From an uncultured virus (IMG/VR IMGVR_UViG_3300034021_001069) (lineage: Duplodnaviria; Heunggongvirae; Uroviricota; Caudoviricetes), in IMG/VR virus record IMGVR_UViG_3300034021_001069: DNA of 64,000 nt. One strand, given 5' to 3'. Positions within the stretch are counted from its first letter, which is position 1, and the number at the start of each line of letters is the position of its first letter. Positions 43,089 to 53,854 of the stretch are shown in pieces. The notes beneath the pieces are model-generated. The model saw nothing but the letters and a program-made list of their open reading frames with translations. It ran no database searches and had not been told where the DNA came from. The position numbers and the translations under genes are program-made.

Positions 43089-45299
43089 TCAAGACACAAG
43101 AGAGGCAAAGGAAGACAGCAGCTTTTTATTCGTAGTCTTAGCCTTGAGCATCTTACGAAATGAAGTCTTAATATCATTAAGAGATGCATTAGTGTCTATG
43201 GAAAATGCTGCATTTTCCGAAAGATTACTAGATGAAATCACATAGAGAGAATCATATTTTGATTGTTTGATTTCGTATGATCCATCTTTCTTCCAAATTT
43301 TAGATACACCTTCGACTTCAGAATTATTACCATAGGTTGTAATATTCATAATGTCTTTATAGAGCCTGGTAAATTCTGAAGTTTTAGCAACCCTGAATCC
43401 GATGATATTTACATAAGGAAAACGATCCTTAAGATTTTCCAAAAGAATAGAAGTTACAGAACTATTATATTCATAGGCGAATGAACGATATACATTTCCC
43501 GTTTTGCGATCACGGAGAATACAATCATTACCAACAGAATTAGTTCCAAACTTATCTTTATCAGAATACTTACAATGGTAAGTCATGTTGTAAGCAATAC
43601 CATTAGACTCACCATCGGTAAGTGTAATCAGATTGACCTTTTGAACTTTGTTCTTTTGTTGGAATTTAGGAATGATTTCACTCATTGCAAGAATGGATTC
43701 ATTCAATGGGGTTCCACTGAGATCCAAGCCAGAAGGAATAGTATAACGAATATTATACCGAATGTCTGGGCTCATATCATACATGCTCACAATTCTCCAA
43801 ACATTTTTGGCTTGACTATCAAAGTCTTTATTGTTTGCAGTTGAAGAGAGGAGATTAATGAGATGGAAATATTCTGGAATGTGGAAAGTATTTACCACTT
43901 TCTCAGAACTTTGCATCATCAACTTTCCTACAAGCCTAGGATTCCAATCATAAGTAAATGCATAAACATCAAAGGGAATTTGAACTTTCTTACAGAACCA
44001 GCAAAGATTTAGAAGTTGCTTAAATGTATCGAAGATTGTTCCAGACATAGATCCAGACCAATCAAGGAGAAATAGCAATCCGTGATTTTTGCCATCAGGA
44101 ACAACTGTTACTTTTTTAAAGAGATCCTCATTGTATTTGTAAGTGTGAAGCTTAGACGTATCAAGAACACCAGTTCTAGAAACTGAAGATCGTTGATATG
44201 CATCAGCAGACTTTTTACATTCAAACTCTTTAACCAGATAGTTGACTTCTTTTTGAGACTGTTTTTTGTATGCCTCAAAACTTTTATCGACTTCACCAAA
44301 AGTATTGTTGGTGATAGCATTCTCTTTATTAAACTTTTCTTGAGCATTAAACTGCTCTGAAATGTAAGAATGAATTTCCTTATTATCAACAACAATATTA
44401 TCAATGAGCAATTTAGGATGCTCAATGTAAACTGTTCTAGATGAATAAAGATTGCTTTTATTTAGTTTTTGAGCTTCTTGATCAAAAGACCTTTGAGTGA
44501 CAGATACATCTTCATCAGCTTTATCTCCCCCAAGATCTCCATCTGGAGAAAGATCTTGATCTTGGTTTTGGGATTCTTGATCGCCTTTAGAATTACCAGT
44601 AGTTTCAGTATTAGAACCAGAGGTATTTTCTTGTTCAGATGCATCATCTTGGGATTCTCCCTGTTCAACATCAGAGGCAGTTCCACTACCTTGACGATTG
44701 GTATTTACACTCTCACTAGAAAGTTCTGAGGGAGTTTCAAGTTGATCTTTTTGTTTTTCTTTAACATATTCATAAATCTTCTTACAAGCTTCCAACACTT
44801 CGCTGAAAGTTTCAGTATTCAGAACAAGATCAACAAATACTTTTTCATCTTCAGAAAAAGGAATGCAAGAGTATGCACCCACTTTAAAATGAAGATTAAT
44901 TCTATCAATCAGGCTAAGTTTGGCTACGTCAGTTTCTTTGATGCCAAAGAAGTCATCCTGATCAAGTTCATTGTATCCACGATAAAAAGTCTTAGATAGA
45001 CCAGGATACCTACGTTTCATCAAACGCTCTACGCGAGCATCTTCCACGACGTTAACATAATCTCTGGGAACATCAGCAATAGAACTCCAATCTTCATTAG
45101 GAGTATACAGAGCATGACCAACTTCGTGACCAACCAGAAGGTCATAAACAGTAGAAGATGCACGTTCCCAAAGAGGAAGAGTGAGAACCCTAGTGTCTAC
45201 ATTGAAACACGCAGTTTCTACTTTCTTGTGTTCAATGACAAGATTTTCGGTAGCGAGAAGCTTAGCAAGCTGACCTTTGACCTCGTGATTAATAGACAT
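43089..45299 (-). CDS. CobT-like protein with HExxH domain and VWA domain
   Basis: HEVGH, EDARVE, DWSGSM MIDAS, GTPL, LTDGE. Confidence 0.85.
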   Translation of the reverse strand: MSINHEVKGQLAKLLATENLVIEHKKVETACFNVDTRVLTLPLWERASSTVYDLLVGHEVGHALYTPNEDWSSIADVPRDYVNVVEDARVERLMKRRYPGLSKTFYRGYNELDQDDFFGIKETDVAKLSLIDRINLHFKVGAYSCIPFSEDEKVFVDLVLNTETFSEVLEACKKIYEYVKEKQKDQLETPSELSSESVNTNRQGSGTASDVEQGESQDDASEQENTSGSNTETTGNSKGDQESQNQDQDLSPDGDLGGDKADEDVSVTQRSFDQEAQKLNKSNLYSSRTVYIEHPKLLIDNIVVDNKEIHSYISEQFNAQEKFNKENAITNNTFGEVDKSFEAYKKQSQKEVNYLVKEFECKKSADAYQRSSVSRTGVLDTSKLHTYKYNEDLFKKVTVVPDGKNHGLLFLLDWSGSMSGTIFDTFKQLLNLCWFCKKVQIPFDVYAFTYDWNPRLVGKLMMQSSEKVVNTFHIPEYFHLINLLSSTANNKDFDSQAKNVWRIVSMYDMSPDIRYNIRYTIPSGLDLSGTPLNESILAMSEIIPKFQQKNKVQKVNLITLTDGESNGIAYNMTYHCKYSDKDKFGTNSVGNDCILRDRKTGNVYRSFAYEYNSSVTSILLENLKDRFPYVNIIGFRVAKTSEFTRLYKDIMNITTYGNNSEVEGVSKIWKKDGSYEIKQSKYDSLYVISSSNLSENAAFSIDTNASLNDIKTSFRKMLKAKTTNKKLLSSFASLVS

Positions 45300-45335
45300 G
45301 GTGTTCTCTCGAATACCCCTGTAGTATAGGGCATC

Positions 45336-45869
45336 CTATCGAGAGAACCTAGACCAGCGGACAGTTTCTGGAATGTCCATCATGAAGGATATGCTGACCC
45401 TCAGATCGTCGCTCTTATTCGGGGTGACTTCATGCTTCATATAACCATGCCAGAATACTATATCGCCATTATTCGGAACTTTAGTTGAAGTAAATTCAAC
45501 ATAGGGTTTTAATCTATGAAGTGTCTCTACTGCTGGAGCTGGATTGTAAAATTTCAAAACTCCAGAATTTTCTGGAACACAAACGTAATATGTTCCAGCA
45601 ACATCACATTCAGAATGATCATGAACTGATTGGTATCCATTTTTAGGATTTACATTAATCCAACATTCTTTTATAAAAAGATCTTTGTCATCACATAGAT
45701 CTAAAATATATTTTTCAAAATCTGGATACTCTTTGTGAATTTGATTTCTAGATCTAATCGTAGAATAGCCAGAATAAAATAAATTATCCTCAACCATAAT
45801 ATGGTCTAGCTGTTCAATAACCCAATCATTGAATTCATTAAATATACAATTCTTATGAGATAAAATCAT
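45336..45869 (-). CDS. putative 2OG-Fe(II) oxygenase
   Basis: WININ-like WINVN, HDH, GTYYV, HEV, RVSISF. Confidence 0.82.
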   Translation of the reverse strand: MILSHKNCIFNEFNDWVIEQLDHIMVEDNLFYSGYSTIRSRNQIHKEYPDFEKYILDLCDDKDLFIKECWINVNPKNGYQSVHDHSECDVAGTYYVCVPENSGVLKFYNPAPAVETLHRLKPYVEFTSTKVPNNGDIVFWHGYMKHEVTPNKSDDLRVSISFMMDIPETVRWSRFSR

Positions 45870-47578
45870 TACTCTTCAACCATTTTAGAAAAATCTTGAA
45901 CTTTCTCAAATTTAATAGTTCTTTCAAATTTATCAATAAGAACTTCTCCCTTATGAGAGATAACAAATAAATTAGTTTCTGATCCTAAGGTTCTCAAGAT
46001 CTTCATCAATTCATCTGTAGCTTGCGAATCCAGCGAGCTATCAAACACCTCGTCAAGTAATAGAAGATTTGTGTTTGTGCTATTTTTCATCTTAGCAATA
46101 GATCTCCAAGTAAATAACAATGCTAGATCAATCTTTTGCTTTTCTCCTTCTGAAAAGGAAGCATATGAGAATTCATCTCTATATCTAGATTTAATTATTT
46201 CATTAAATTCTTCATCCAATGTAAAGTTCACATAGAAATCCATTTCTTGGAGATATGAATTAATTCTATTGTTTATAGTAGGAATATACTTACTAATAAC
46301 TTTAGATTTAATTCCACCATCTTTTAATAGATTAGCAATAACCTTAAATGAATTTAAATTTTTATTAATTTGACTAAGTTCAGATTCCCATTTGATATGT
46401 TCTTCTTCATACTGACCAAGCTTTTGGATTTCTCTATCCAAATCTGGTTGCTCTTTCATTATTTCACTAGTGAGTTGATTCGACTCTAAAGCTAACCTTT
46501 GCTCTTCTTTAAGAAGAGAATTAACTTCATGCCTATCATTTAAAAGTTTTTTTGATAGCTCTTGAATAGTATTCACTTCTTCAAGAATAGCATTAAGCTT
46601 AATTTCTATTTCTTCAATACCAGAAGAATATTCATTCTGCTTTTCCTGCAATTCTAGTTTTCTTGATGATTTCCATTCTGTGGAAATTGATTGTTTGCAT
46701 GTTGGGCAACTATCATTATCATCAAAAAAATTATACTCTCTACTAAGCTTATCTTGATTTTGGGTTATCTTAACTTTTAACTCTTTAAGCTTATCTAAAG
46801 TCTTTTGCTTCTTAGTTAATTCTTTTACTTTTGGTTCTAACTCTACAATCGAGATATCCAAATCAAACATTTCTGTTTGGATTTCTTGGATCCTATCAAG
46901 ATTTGATTGTATCTTTACCTTCAACTTCTCAACATGCTCATCACTTACTTGCTTAAGATTATCAATATGATCCTTTTGCATGGTAAATTTTTGTTCAGCT
47001 AAACTTAGCTGATACTCACAATCCTTTAAATCTTCTTTAGTTATTTTAATTCGATCTTTTAAAATAACATTCATGTGAGTGAATATCTGAATATCTAAAA
47101 GATCTTCAATAACTTCTCTTCTATGAGCAGCAGGAAGTTGCATGAATGGAACAAATGTAGAACTACCAAGAATTACTACTTGAGTAAATGATTTGTAGTT
47201 TAATTTCAATACTGTCTGCTCTAGCCACTTTTGTTGATCTGTAGTAGCTGCAGCTTGATCTAATAAATTCCCATCACGATATATTTCAAAGACAGCAGGC
47301 TTAATGCCCCTACAGACTTTCCAAGAAGTAGAACCAATAGAAAAGTTAACCTCAACTAAGCAATCCTTTTCATTTATAGAATTGACTAATTGAGGTTTAT
47401 TAATTTTCCTGAATGGTTTGTTAAACAGACAAAAACACAAAGCATCAAGAATAGTTGACTTTCCAGCACCGTTTGCTCCAACAATAAGAGTCGATGGGGA
47501 TTCATTTAATTTTACCTCGGTAAAGTGGTTTCCTGTTGATAAAAAGTTTTTCCAGCGAATAGTTTCAAATATAATCAT
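45869..47578 (-). CDS. recombination endonuclease ATPase subunit gp46
   Basis: GANGAGKS, CPTC hook, FSEGE, LDEVFD. Confidence 0.96.
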   Translation of the reverse strand: MIIFETIRWKNFLSTGNHFTEVKLNESPSTLIVGANGAGKSTILDALCFCLFNKPFRKINKPQLVNSINEKDCLVEVNFSIGSTSWKVCRGIKPAVFEIYRDGNLLDQAAATTDQQKWLEQTVLKLNYKSFTQVVILGSSTFVPFMQLPAAHRREVIEDLLDIQIFTHMNVILKDRIKITKEDLKDCEYQLSLAEQKFTMQKDHIDNLKQVSDEHVEKLKVKIQSNLDRIQEIQTEMFDLDISIVELEPKVKELTKKQKTLDKLKELKVKITQNQDKLSREYNFFDDNDSCPTCKQSISTEWKSSRKLELQEKQNEYSSGIEEIEIKLNAILEEVNTIQELSKKLLNDRHEVNSLLKEEQRLALESNQLTSEIMKEQPDLDREIQKLGQYEEEHIKWESELSQINKNLNSFKVIANLLKDGGIKSKVISKYIPTINNRINSYLQEMDFYVNFTLDEEFNEIIKSRYRDEFSYASFSEGEKQKIDLALLFTWRSIAKMKNSTNTNLLLLDEVFDSSLDSQATDELMKILRTLGSETNLFVISHKGEVLIDKFERTIKFEKVQDFSKMVEE

Positions 47579-47832
47579 AATGGGGGGAAGACAATATCAT
47601 TCTGAGTAATTATTGCATAATTATAACCATATGCATTGCAATTATCAACAATTATATCCTTTTCAACTTCATGCAATTCCAGTTCATCATCGAACATATC
47701 ACTGGCTTGAAGTAAATTGCAATATCTTTCAGCGTCATCTTTTTCTTCAAATATCTGAACAACGCGATCTAAGGTATCATCATCTTTAACTGCATATACG
47801 CCCTTGCTTTCGGGATGAACTAAAATATACAT
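47575..47832 (-). CDS. hypothetical protein
   Basis: GVYAV...FEEKDDAERY. Confidence 0.7.
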   Translation of the reverse strand: MYILVHPESKGVYAVKDDDTLDRVVQIFEEKDDAERYCNLLQASDMFDDELELHEVEKDIIVDNCNAYGYNYAIITQNDIVFPPL

Positions 47833-48857
47833 TACAGTTCCAGTGCCTCCAAGTAAAGTGATTTAAGTATCACAAAGATTTCATCTTTGTTTTCCATTTC
47901 ACTTACACATTTTTCTAAAATAGTAAGAGTATCTTCGGTTTCAATATTTTCTTGATCTTCTATTTCTACTCCAACATCTTCGACAATTTTTAAATCGGCA
48001 CATCCTAAGCCTTGTAATTTTTTTATAGTCTTATTAAATAAGACATGATCATTTTTACTTTGAACAATTAACTTTACATAGCTTCCAGAGTATTCATATT
48101 GTGGAAGTTTAAACTCTTCACTATCATCATAGTATACCTTATAAAAGGTATCATAAGGATTTTGATAAAACTTTAGATCTAAAGTCTCAGTATCTAAAAC
48201 ATGGAATCCCCTCTTCTGTGCATAATCATTCCAATATAATTGATATGGATTACCAAGATATGTTATATTTCCACGCTTAGACTTCATGTGAAAGTGACCA
48301 GAACATACCAATTTAAATTTTTTAAATCGTTCTGGATCATCACCATGATCCATGACATGACCAGGAAGAGGCTCAAATCCATTAAGTTCTAAATGACCCA
48401 TACAAACATTTGCCGTTGTATTGTCAATTAGCTCAAATGCCTCTTGTCTATTCTCGTCACAAATCCAAGGCAAACATAATATATCTATACCCCCAATAGT
48501 AGTCACGTTAGGTTTTGCAACAACATTTATGTTGGAATACTCACCTAAAAGCAACTCTGGGGCATTTACAGAAAGAGTATTTTTAAAATAAATATCATGA
48601 TTTCCAACAAGCATAGTCATGGTAACTCCAAGCTCTTCCAATGGAGTGAACCACATTTCTTTTGCTGCTTCTAAGGAATTGAAGTTAATTGATTTACGAC
48701 GATCAAAAGTATCACCTAAACAAATAACATGTGTGATACCTTCTTTTTTAATAAAGGGTAATACTACATTACCGTAATACTTTCTATATCTATCAATATA
48801 AGAAGTATTGTCATTTCTAACACCGAAGTGTTGATCAGTAATCAATAGAACTTTCAT
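47832..48857 (-). CDS. recombination endonuclease nuclease subunit gp47
   Basis: TDQHFG, GDTFD, GNHD, SGHFH. Confidence 0.96.
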   Translation of the reverse strand: MKVLLITDQHFGVRNDNTSYIDRYRKYYGNVVLPFIKKEGITHVICLGDTFDRRKSINFNSLEAAKEMWFTPLEELGVTMTMLVGNHDIYFKNTLSVNAPELLLGEYSNINVVAKPNVTTIGGIDILCLPWICDENRQEAFELIDNTTANVCMGHLELNGFEPLPGHVMDHGDDPERFKKFKLVCSGHFHMKSKRGNITYLGNPYQLYWNDYAQKRGFHVLDTETLDLKFYQNPYDTFYKVYYDDSEEFKLPQYEYSGSYVKLIVQSKNDHVLFNKTIKKLQGLGCADLKIVEDVGVEIEDQENIETEDTLTILEKCVSEMENKDEIFVILKSLYLEALEL

Positions 48858-48858
48858 A

Positions 48859-49347
48859 TTAATTATTTCTCATGCTAGTTTCTACTCGATTCTTAATACT
48901 ATTCATATCAGAGTATGAACCCGAATTATCATCTGCATAAAAAACTTCATCAAATCCAGATTTTTCTAGAAGCTTTTCCTTTATCTCCATTTGTCTTTTT
49001 TCTTTGCTTATTCTCCTTAAGAAAGCATAGTAAATAACTTGAGTGAAATATGCAAAGGGATTCGAAGATTTTGCTGGATCAAAATTATCAATATACTGCA
49101 CACAATTTTCTACCCCATCACAGATCATATCTTCCCTATACATATAGTTAATAAAATTTGGTTTATATGATAGGTGCGTAGCTATTTTTAGGAAGCACTC
49201 TCCTAGATAATTATCTATTCTAGGTCTAGCCTTTTCTAATTCTTTAGCTGCATTAACTTTTTTCTTGTACACAACAAGGGCTTCCAAGAACTTTTTGTTA
49301 TCAACGTAATGCTCTTTCTTTTTCATGGGTAGTCTGGTGATGGGCAT
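48859..49347 (-). CDS. late sigma factor gp55
   Basis: HYVDNK, SNPFAYFTQ, AFLRRI. Confidence 0.95.
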   Translation of the reverse strand: MPITRLPMKKKEHYVDNKKFLEALVVYKKKVNAAKELEKARPRIDNYLGECFLKIATHLSYKPNFINYMYREDMICDGVENCVQYIDNFDPAKSSNPFAYFTQVIYYAFLRRISKEKRQMEIKEKLLEKSGFDEVFYADDNSGSYSDMNSIKNRVETSMRNN

Positions 49348-49375
49348 CTTAACAAAAAATCTTTTTCACCTCAGT

Positions 49376-49439
49376 AGTATAGAGAAAAATCAATCTTTCG
49401 TCAAGGGGGGTTGACAAGCCCTAATAAACTAATTATAAT
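49376..49439. promoter_or_regulatory. back-to-back divergent sigma70 promoters
   Basis: Minus: TTGACG-17-TATACT for gp55. Plus: TTGACA-17-TATAAT (49411-49439). Confidence 0.75.
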
Positions 49440-49461
49440 CAACACTGTAGAGGGTTGAAAC

Positions 49462-49884
49462 TTATAGTTTCTTAAAGATATCTTCTAAAAGCATTCTAGC
49501 TTCATTGACAGATGATACTTTTCCCATGTTCTTATTTAATGGAACTTCTTTGACTTCAGATTCTTCTAAGTTCTCATTCTTCAGCCATACCTTATACATG
49601 AATAATGATTCACTACTGAGAGGTGCAATAGTTAGAATTCTGTCTTCAGGAATAATATAAAGAATCTCATCAGAGAATGGGTACCACTTTACTAGTGTGT
49701 ATCCCATTCCTTTTACGTTTTCTTTTTTTATTTCAGTAGTAACTATTTTAGCTGGATTCTGAATATAGACACGTTCAGATTCATCATCCATAGTGACAAT
49801 GGTTTCACCTATAATTTCTTCTCCATTGAGAAGTTTTATACAGGCATAAAATTGCTCATCATGTTTGATGTAATCTAAACTCAT
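49462..49884 (-). CDS. conserved hypothetical protein
   Basis: IKLLNGEEIIG, lies between uvsW and gp55. Confidence 0.75.
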   Translation of the reverse strand: MSLDYIKHDEQFYACIKLLNGEEIIGETIVTMDDESERVYIQNPAKIVTTEIKKENVKGMGYTLVKWYPFSDEILYIIPEDRILTIAPLSSESLFMYKVWLKNENLEESEVKEVPLNKNMGKVSSVNEARMLLEDIFKKL

Positions 49885-51341
49885 TTTAGTTTAATCTCAG
49901 TAATTTCGTAATTGAATTTCTCTTCGTTGTATATCTTTATTCTCTCTATTAAATGTTTTAGTGTATAGTTTTGGAAATTTTCTTTTGACATATCATCAGC
50001 GATATCGTATAGAGTTGCTTCAGTTTTGTTATTTCCTTTTCTTAATACCCTACCTATTGACTGAAGATTTCTAACTCTTGATTTGCTTGGTGATGCAAAT
50101 ATAACATTATGTAAATTTTTGATATTGATACCAGTTGAAAATGTTCCATACGAAGCAATAATTATTGCGTCTTCCTCATTTTCACAAATAGCCCTAGCAG
50201 ACTCTCTTAGTTCTGTTTCCACTCCACCATGAATAAAAAAGACCTTTCTCTTGTTTTTTACTTTATTATTTATCATCTCATACAAGACCTCACCATGGCG
50301 TTCAACGTATGAGAATAGAATTAAAGTGTTACCAGATATATCACAAGCTAAATTTTTAATTAAGTTATTTCTCTTTTCGTGGGAAATAATATAATCAATC
50401 TCATCTTGATATGTTTCATGTTTTACATAACCATGTTTCATCACAAGAATATTAACTTTTAGATTTGCTAGATATCCCTTTTCCTGCAACTCTTTAGTTT
50501 TGATAATTCTATTGCATTTGCCAAATAGCCCTTCTAACACTAATTTATTAGTGTGTGTTCCATCTAATGTTCCTGTTAATCCAATACGATATTTACAATC
50601 GTGCAATTTTGTTAGTATAGAAGTTAATGACTTTGCTTTAAATAAGTGAGCTTCATCTCCAATGATCGCATCGTATCTGTCGAAAAATCTTTTTGGTTCT
50701 TTATAAACTGATTGCCATGTGGAAATAACAACCTGAGCATCTACCCATTTTTCTTTACCAGAGTAAATTTTATGGCAGTATGCATCAGCCTTCCAGCCAT
50801 AGTCTATGAAGTCTTTATAAAGCTGTTCGACCAAAGATGTAGTTGGAACAATAATTAAAATATTCCTATCTCTTTCAACATGCCATCTAACTAATCCATA
50901 AATGATTAAAGATTTTCCAGATGCAGTTGGAGATAGTAGAAGTCTTCTATTATTTTTTAGTGCTTCATAGATAGCTTTTAATTGATAATCTCTAGCTTTA
51001 AATGGTAAGCCAAGAGTTTTCATGTAAGCAACTATAGATTCTGGAGTTACAAATTCTTCAGTATCTTCTGGATGACCATAGAATTTTGAATCTTGAATCT
51101 CATATTGATAATTCCTCTCATTAAGCCATTCGATTAGATAATCGAAAAGCCCAACATACATTTCTCCAGTTCCTGGTGAATAAAGCCTAATTTTTCCATC
51201 CCAATATTTGTACCGATCATTTTTCTTCATGAACTTGGCTTCAGGAACTTCAAATGTGAAGTAATCTGATAGCTCTTTATGAACATGAGGTTCAGCGTCA
51301 ATTCTTAGATAAACCTCATTCTTCTTTACTATCTTGATCAT
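49881..51341 (-). CDS. uvsW: SF2 helicase UvsW
   Basis: RDYQ, PTASGKS, DEAH, QSIGR. Confidence 0.96.
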   Translation of the reverse strand: MIKIVKKNEVYLRIDAEPHVHKELSDYFTFEVPEAKFMKKNDRYKYWDGKIRLYSPGTGEMYVGLFDYLIEWLNERNYQYEIQDSKFYGHPEDTEEFVTPESIVAYMKTLGLPFKARDYQLKAIYEALKNNRRLLLSPTASGKSLIIYGLVRWHVERDRNILIIVPTTSLVEQLYKDFIDYGWKADAYCHKIYSGKEKWVDAQVVISTWQSVYKEPKRFFDRYDAIIGDEAHLFKAKSLTSILTKLHDCKYRIGLTGTLDGTHTNKLVLEGLFGKCNRIIKTKELQEKGYLANLKVNILVMKHGYVKHETYQDEIDYIISHEKRNNLIKNLACDISGNTLILFSYVERHGEVLYEMINNKVKNKRKVFFIHGGVETELRESARAICENEEDAIIIASYGTFSTGINIKNLHNVIFASPSKSRVRNLQSIGRVLRKGNNKTEATLYDIADDMSKENFQNYTLKHLIERIKIYNEEKFNYEITEIKLK

Positions 51342-51763
51342 GCACCGCTCTCAAACCTTCTGTGTTCGATTGCATTCTTAATTTGATATGTTCTATTTGT
51401 TAATTGCTTAAGAATGCTTTCAATATAATTTATAAGTGTTTCAAGATATGAAATTTTTAAAGAACCTTTTTGGAACTCTTCATCCGCTTCAATATACATT
51501 GGAATGTCATTCTTCATGACTTTATGATCAAAAGGATTATCCCTATAAACTTCTTTTGGTGCTTTACCAGCGTAGTATTCGTATTTTTCTTTGTATAATT
51601 TTTTCTGTTTCATTTGAGCTTCCTTGAGCATCAAATAAAACTGATTATATAAAATCATATACTTTTGATGAAGTTGTGGTATTTTTACTGATTCTAAATC
51701 GAGATTAAACTCATTCATTTTCGAATCGGTTTCCCACAATTCTTGTATCTTTTCAAGATTCAT
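51338..51763 (-). CDS. uvsY: recombination mediator UvsY
   Basis: IPQLHQKY, YYAGK, RTYQIKNAIE. Confidence 0.9.
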   Translation of the reverse strand: MNLEKIQELWETDSKMNEFNLDLESVKIPQLHQKYMILYNQFYLMLKEAQMKQKKLYKEKYEYYAGKAPKEVYRDNPFDHKVMKNDIPMYIEADEEFQKGSLKISYLETLINYIESILKQLTNRTYQIKNAIEHRRFESGA

Positions 51764-51774
51764 AGTAATTTAAA

Positions 51775-52323
51775 TCAAGTTAGTTTAGTAATTTTAGCAC
51801 CATCTATAGTTCTTATTTCATAGTAAGAATATTGGAATGATGCCTGAGCTACAAAGTAATTAGTGCTATCTTCGTTGGCTGAGAATTCCAAGGTTTGTAA
51901 ACTTGTTGGGATTAGATCTTTAAATGACACATCAAACTTTGCCGAAAAGTTACTATTCAAAATAGCCAGAGAACCATCTGCAGTTAATGAGTCATTACCA
52001 AACTCTTCTTTCATTTTTTCACGATATGCATTACGATCTCTAAATTCATTCGGAACACCAATTCCCTTAAGCCAGTTATGTAAAATAATATAGTTGTCTA
52101 AGTTTTCATCAACTAGGAATGTAATATTCAATGAATCATATGCAAAGCTACCATCTAAAGGAATAGATCTAAATGGAGTTGGCTGCATGGGAGTTCCAAC
52201 ACTAATTCCTGGTATATTTGCACTCTGACAAAAGTATGCAATTTTTGGGAACTTAGCTAGGGTAAACTTAAATCCAGAAGGAGATAAGAAATTTCTGTTT
52301 TCAATCTGTTTATTCCAAGACAT
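51775..52323 (-). CDS. tail completion/sheath stabilizer gp3
   Basis: NFLSPSGFKF, QSANIPG, FLVDE. Confidence 0.88.
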   Translation of the reverse strand: MSWNKQIENRNFLSPSGFKFTLAKFPKIAYFCQSANIPGISVGTPMQPTPFRSIPLDGSFAYDSLNITFLVDENLDNYIILHNWLKGIGVPNEFRDRNAYREKMKEEFGNDSLTADGSLAILNSNFSAKFDVSFKDLIPTSLQTLEFSANEDSTNYFVAQASFQYSYYEIRTIDGAKITKLT

Positions 52324-52353
52324 GGTGAAGTGTCGTTTATTTTTATTTAGATA

Positions 52354-52382
52354 TAAAAAAAGATCCCCCGAAGGGGATCTTT
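52354..52382 (-). terminator. gp23 terminator
   Basis: AGATCCCC-TTCG-GGGGATCT followed by a T-tract. Confidence 0.85.
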
Positions 52383-52406
52383 GAATTGAGCCCTATAGGG
52401 CTTAGC

Positions 52407-53780
52407 TCACATGAGGTTAGCGATTCTAACTCTTCTGTAGTAGCGGTTTGCGTTAGCATTAAGAGCACCTTGACCCTGGCTAGTGCCTTCTGCGAATGGG
52501 TTTGCAACCATTCCGTAACGGGTCTTGAAGCCGATCTTAGGCTGGAAGGTATCCTGACCAACTGCACGAACCATCTGAAGAGGAACGTATGGGCAGTAGA
52601 AGAGACCAGCATCATAAGGAGTTGAACCCTTATAACCAGCAACATAGAAGTGAGTATCACTGATGTTTGCTGAGTAAGGATCAACGAATACCTTAACACG
52701 ACCGAATAGAGTACCAGCAAGGGTGCTACCATTGTCATCGATATTGTTGCTGATTCCACCAGTTGCAGCTGATAGACCAGATGAATAATCGAGAACACCA
52801 GCCATTGCTAGAGCGGATGCTACGTCTGCTGAGCAGATTAGCATGTTGCCCTTTCCTCTACGAGTCTCATGACCGATTGCATTTAGATCGCGCTCGATTT
52901 GGAACATTAGACCCTTGAACTTCTCAACAGCCCAACGACCGTTTGAGTCAACATCAAGGTCAAAAGTACCAGCGGTAGCAACGTTGTTCTGAGCACCAGG
53001 GCGAGCAATTCTATATACGGTTCTTACTACCTCGCGGTTGATTTCAGCAAGAACTTCAGTGCTGAGGATGTTTGCTAGCTCGCTTTCAGCATCTAGACCG
53101 TGAACAGCCTTAAGATCCTGAGCTAGTTCTAGAGTATACTCAGCTTTTAGTGCTCTTGACTTAACACCAACTTGAATCTTCTCGATTGAGAAGCCCATTT
53201 CGCGGAAGTGATTACCCGAACCATCACCTAGAGCTTCCGACTGAGCGGTTGTCATGCCCTGACCACCAATGGTGTAGGTTCCGCTGTCGTTTAGAACTGC
53301 AGGGTTAGTTCCAGTCATATCATTGGAAGCCAACGAATCACCACTGTTCTCAGATGAGAACTCAGAATCTGCTTCGTTGAAGAATGCTTCGGTTGCACCA
53401 TTCTGCATATCACGATTGGTGCCATAAGTAGTTCTCATTGCGAAAATGAGACCTGTAGGACCTTGGAGAGGCTGAACACCACAAATGTCATAAGCAATAA
53501 GCTTAGGCATTGAGCGGCGAATTAGGCTGATTAGAACAGGATCGAAACCAGCGACAGGACCAGTCGATGTAGCTGCGCCAGTGAAGCCGTTGCTTGAACC
53601 ACCTAAGTTCATGGTTGGAGCAGCTTCTGAGAGGAATCCACGCTCTTCTCTGAGGAACTTCTCTTGGTTTTCGAGCAAGATTGAAGTAACAGCCTTTCTA
53701 TAAGGATCAGAAATCGATTCGATTTCCGAATGCTCAAGAATAGGTGCCCACTTCTCTTGCAGATGCTCTGTATTGAACAT
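52407..53780 (-). CDS. major capsid protein gp23
   Basis: EKWAPIL, CGVQP, ELAQDLKAVHG, FYCPYVP, FKTRYG. TATAAATA at 53831-53838. Confidence 0.98.
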   Translation of the reverse strand: MFNTEHLQEKWAPILEHSEIESISDPYRKAVTSILLENQEKFLREERGFLSEAAPTMNLGGSSNGFTGAATSTGPVAGFDPVLISLIRRSMPKLIAYDICGVQPLQGPTGLIFAMRTTYGTNRDMQNGATEAFFNEADSEFSSENSGDSLASNDMTGTNPAVLNDSGTYTIGGQGMTTAQSEALGDGSGNHFREMGFSIEKIQVGVKSRALKAEYTLELAQDLKAVHGLDAESELANILSTEVLAEINREVVRTVYRIARPGAQNNVATAGTFDLDVDSNGRWAVEKFKGLMFQIERDLNAIGHETRRGKGNMLICSADVASALAMAGVLDYSSGLSAATGGISNNIDDNGSTLAGTLFGRVKVFVDPYSANISDTHFYVAGYKGSTPYDAGLFYCPYVPLQMVRAVGQDTFQPKIGFKTRYGMVANPFAEGTSQGQGALNANANRYYRRVRIANLM

Positions 53781-53854
53781 TGCTTGTTTCTCCTAAAAAG
53801 TTTAAGTGAGTGTTATTGTATAACTAAAAATATTTATAAATTACAAAACTTCAA

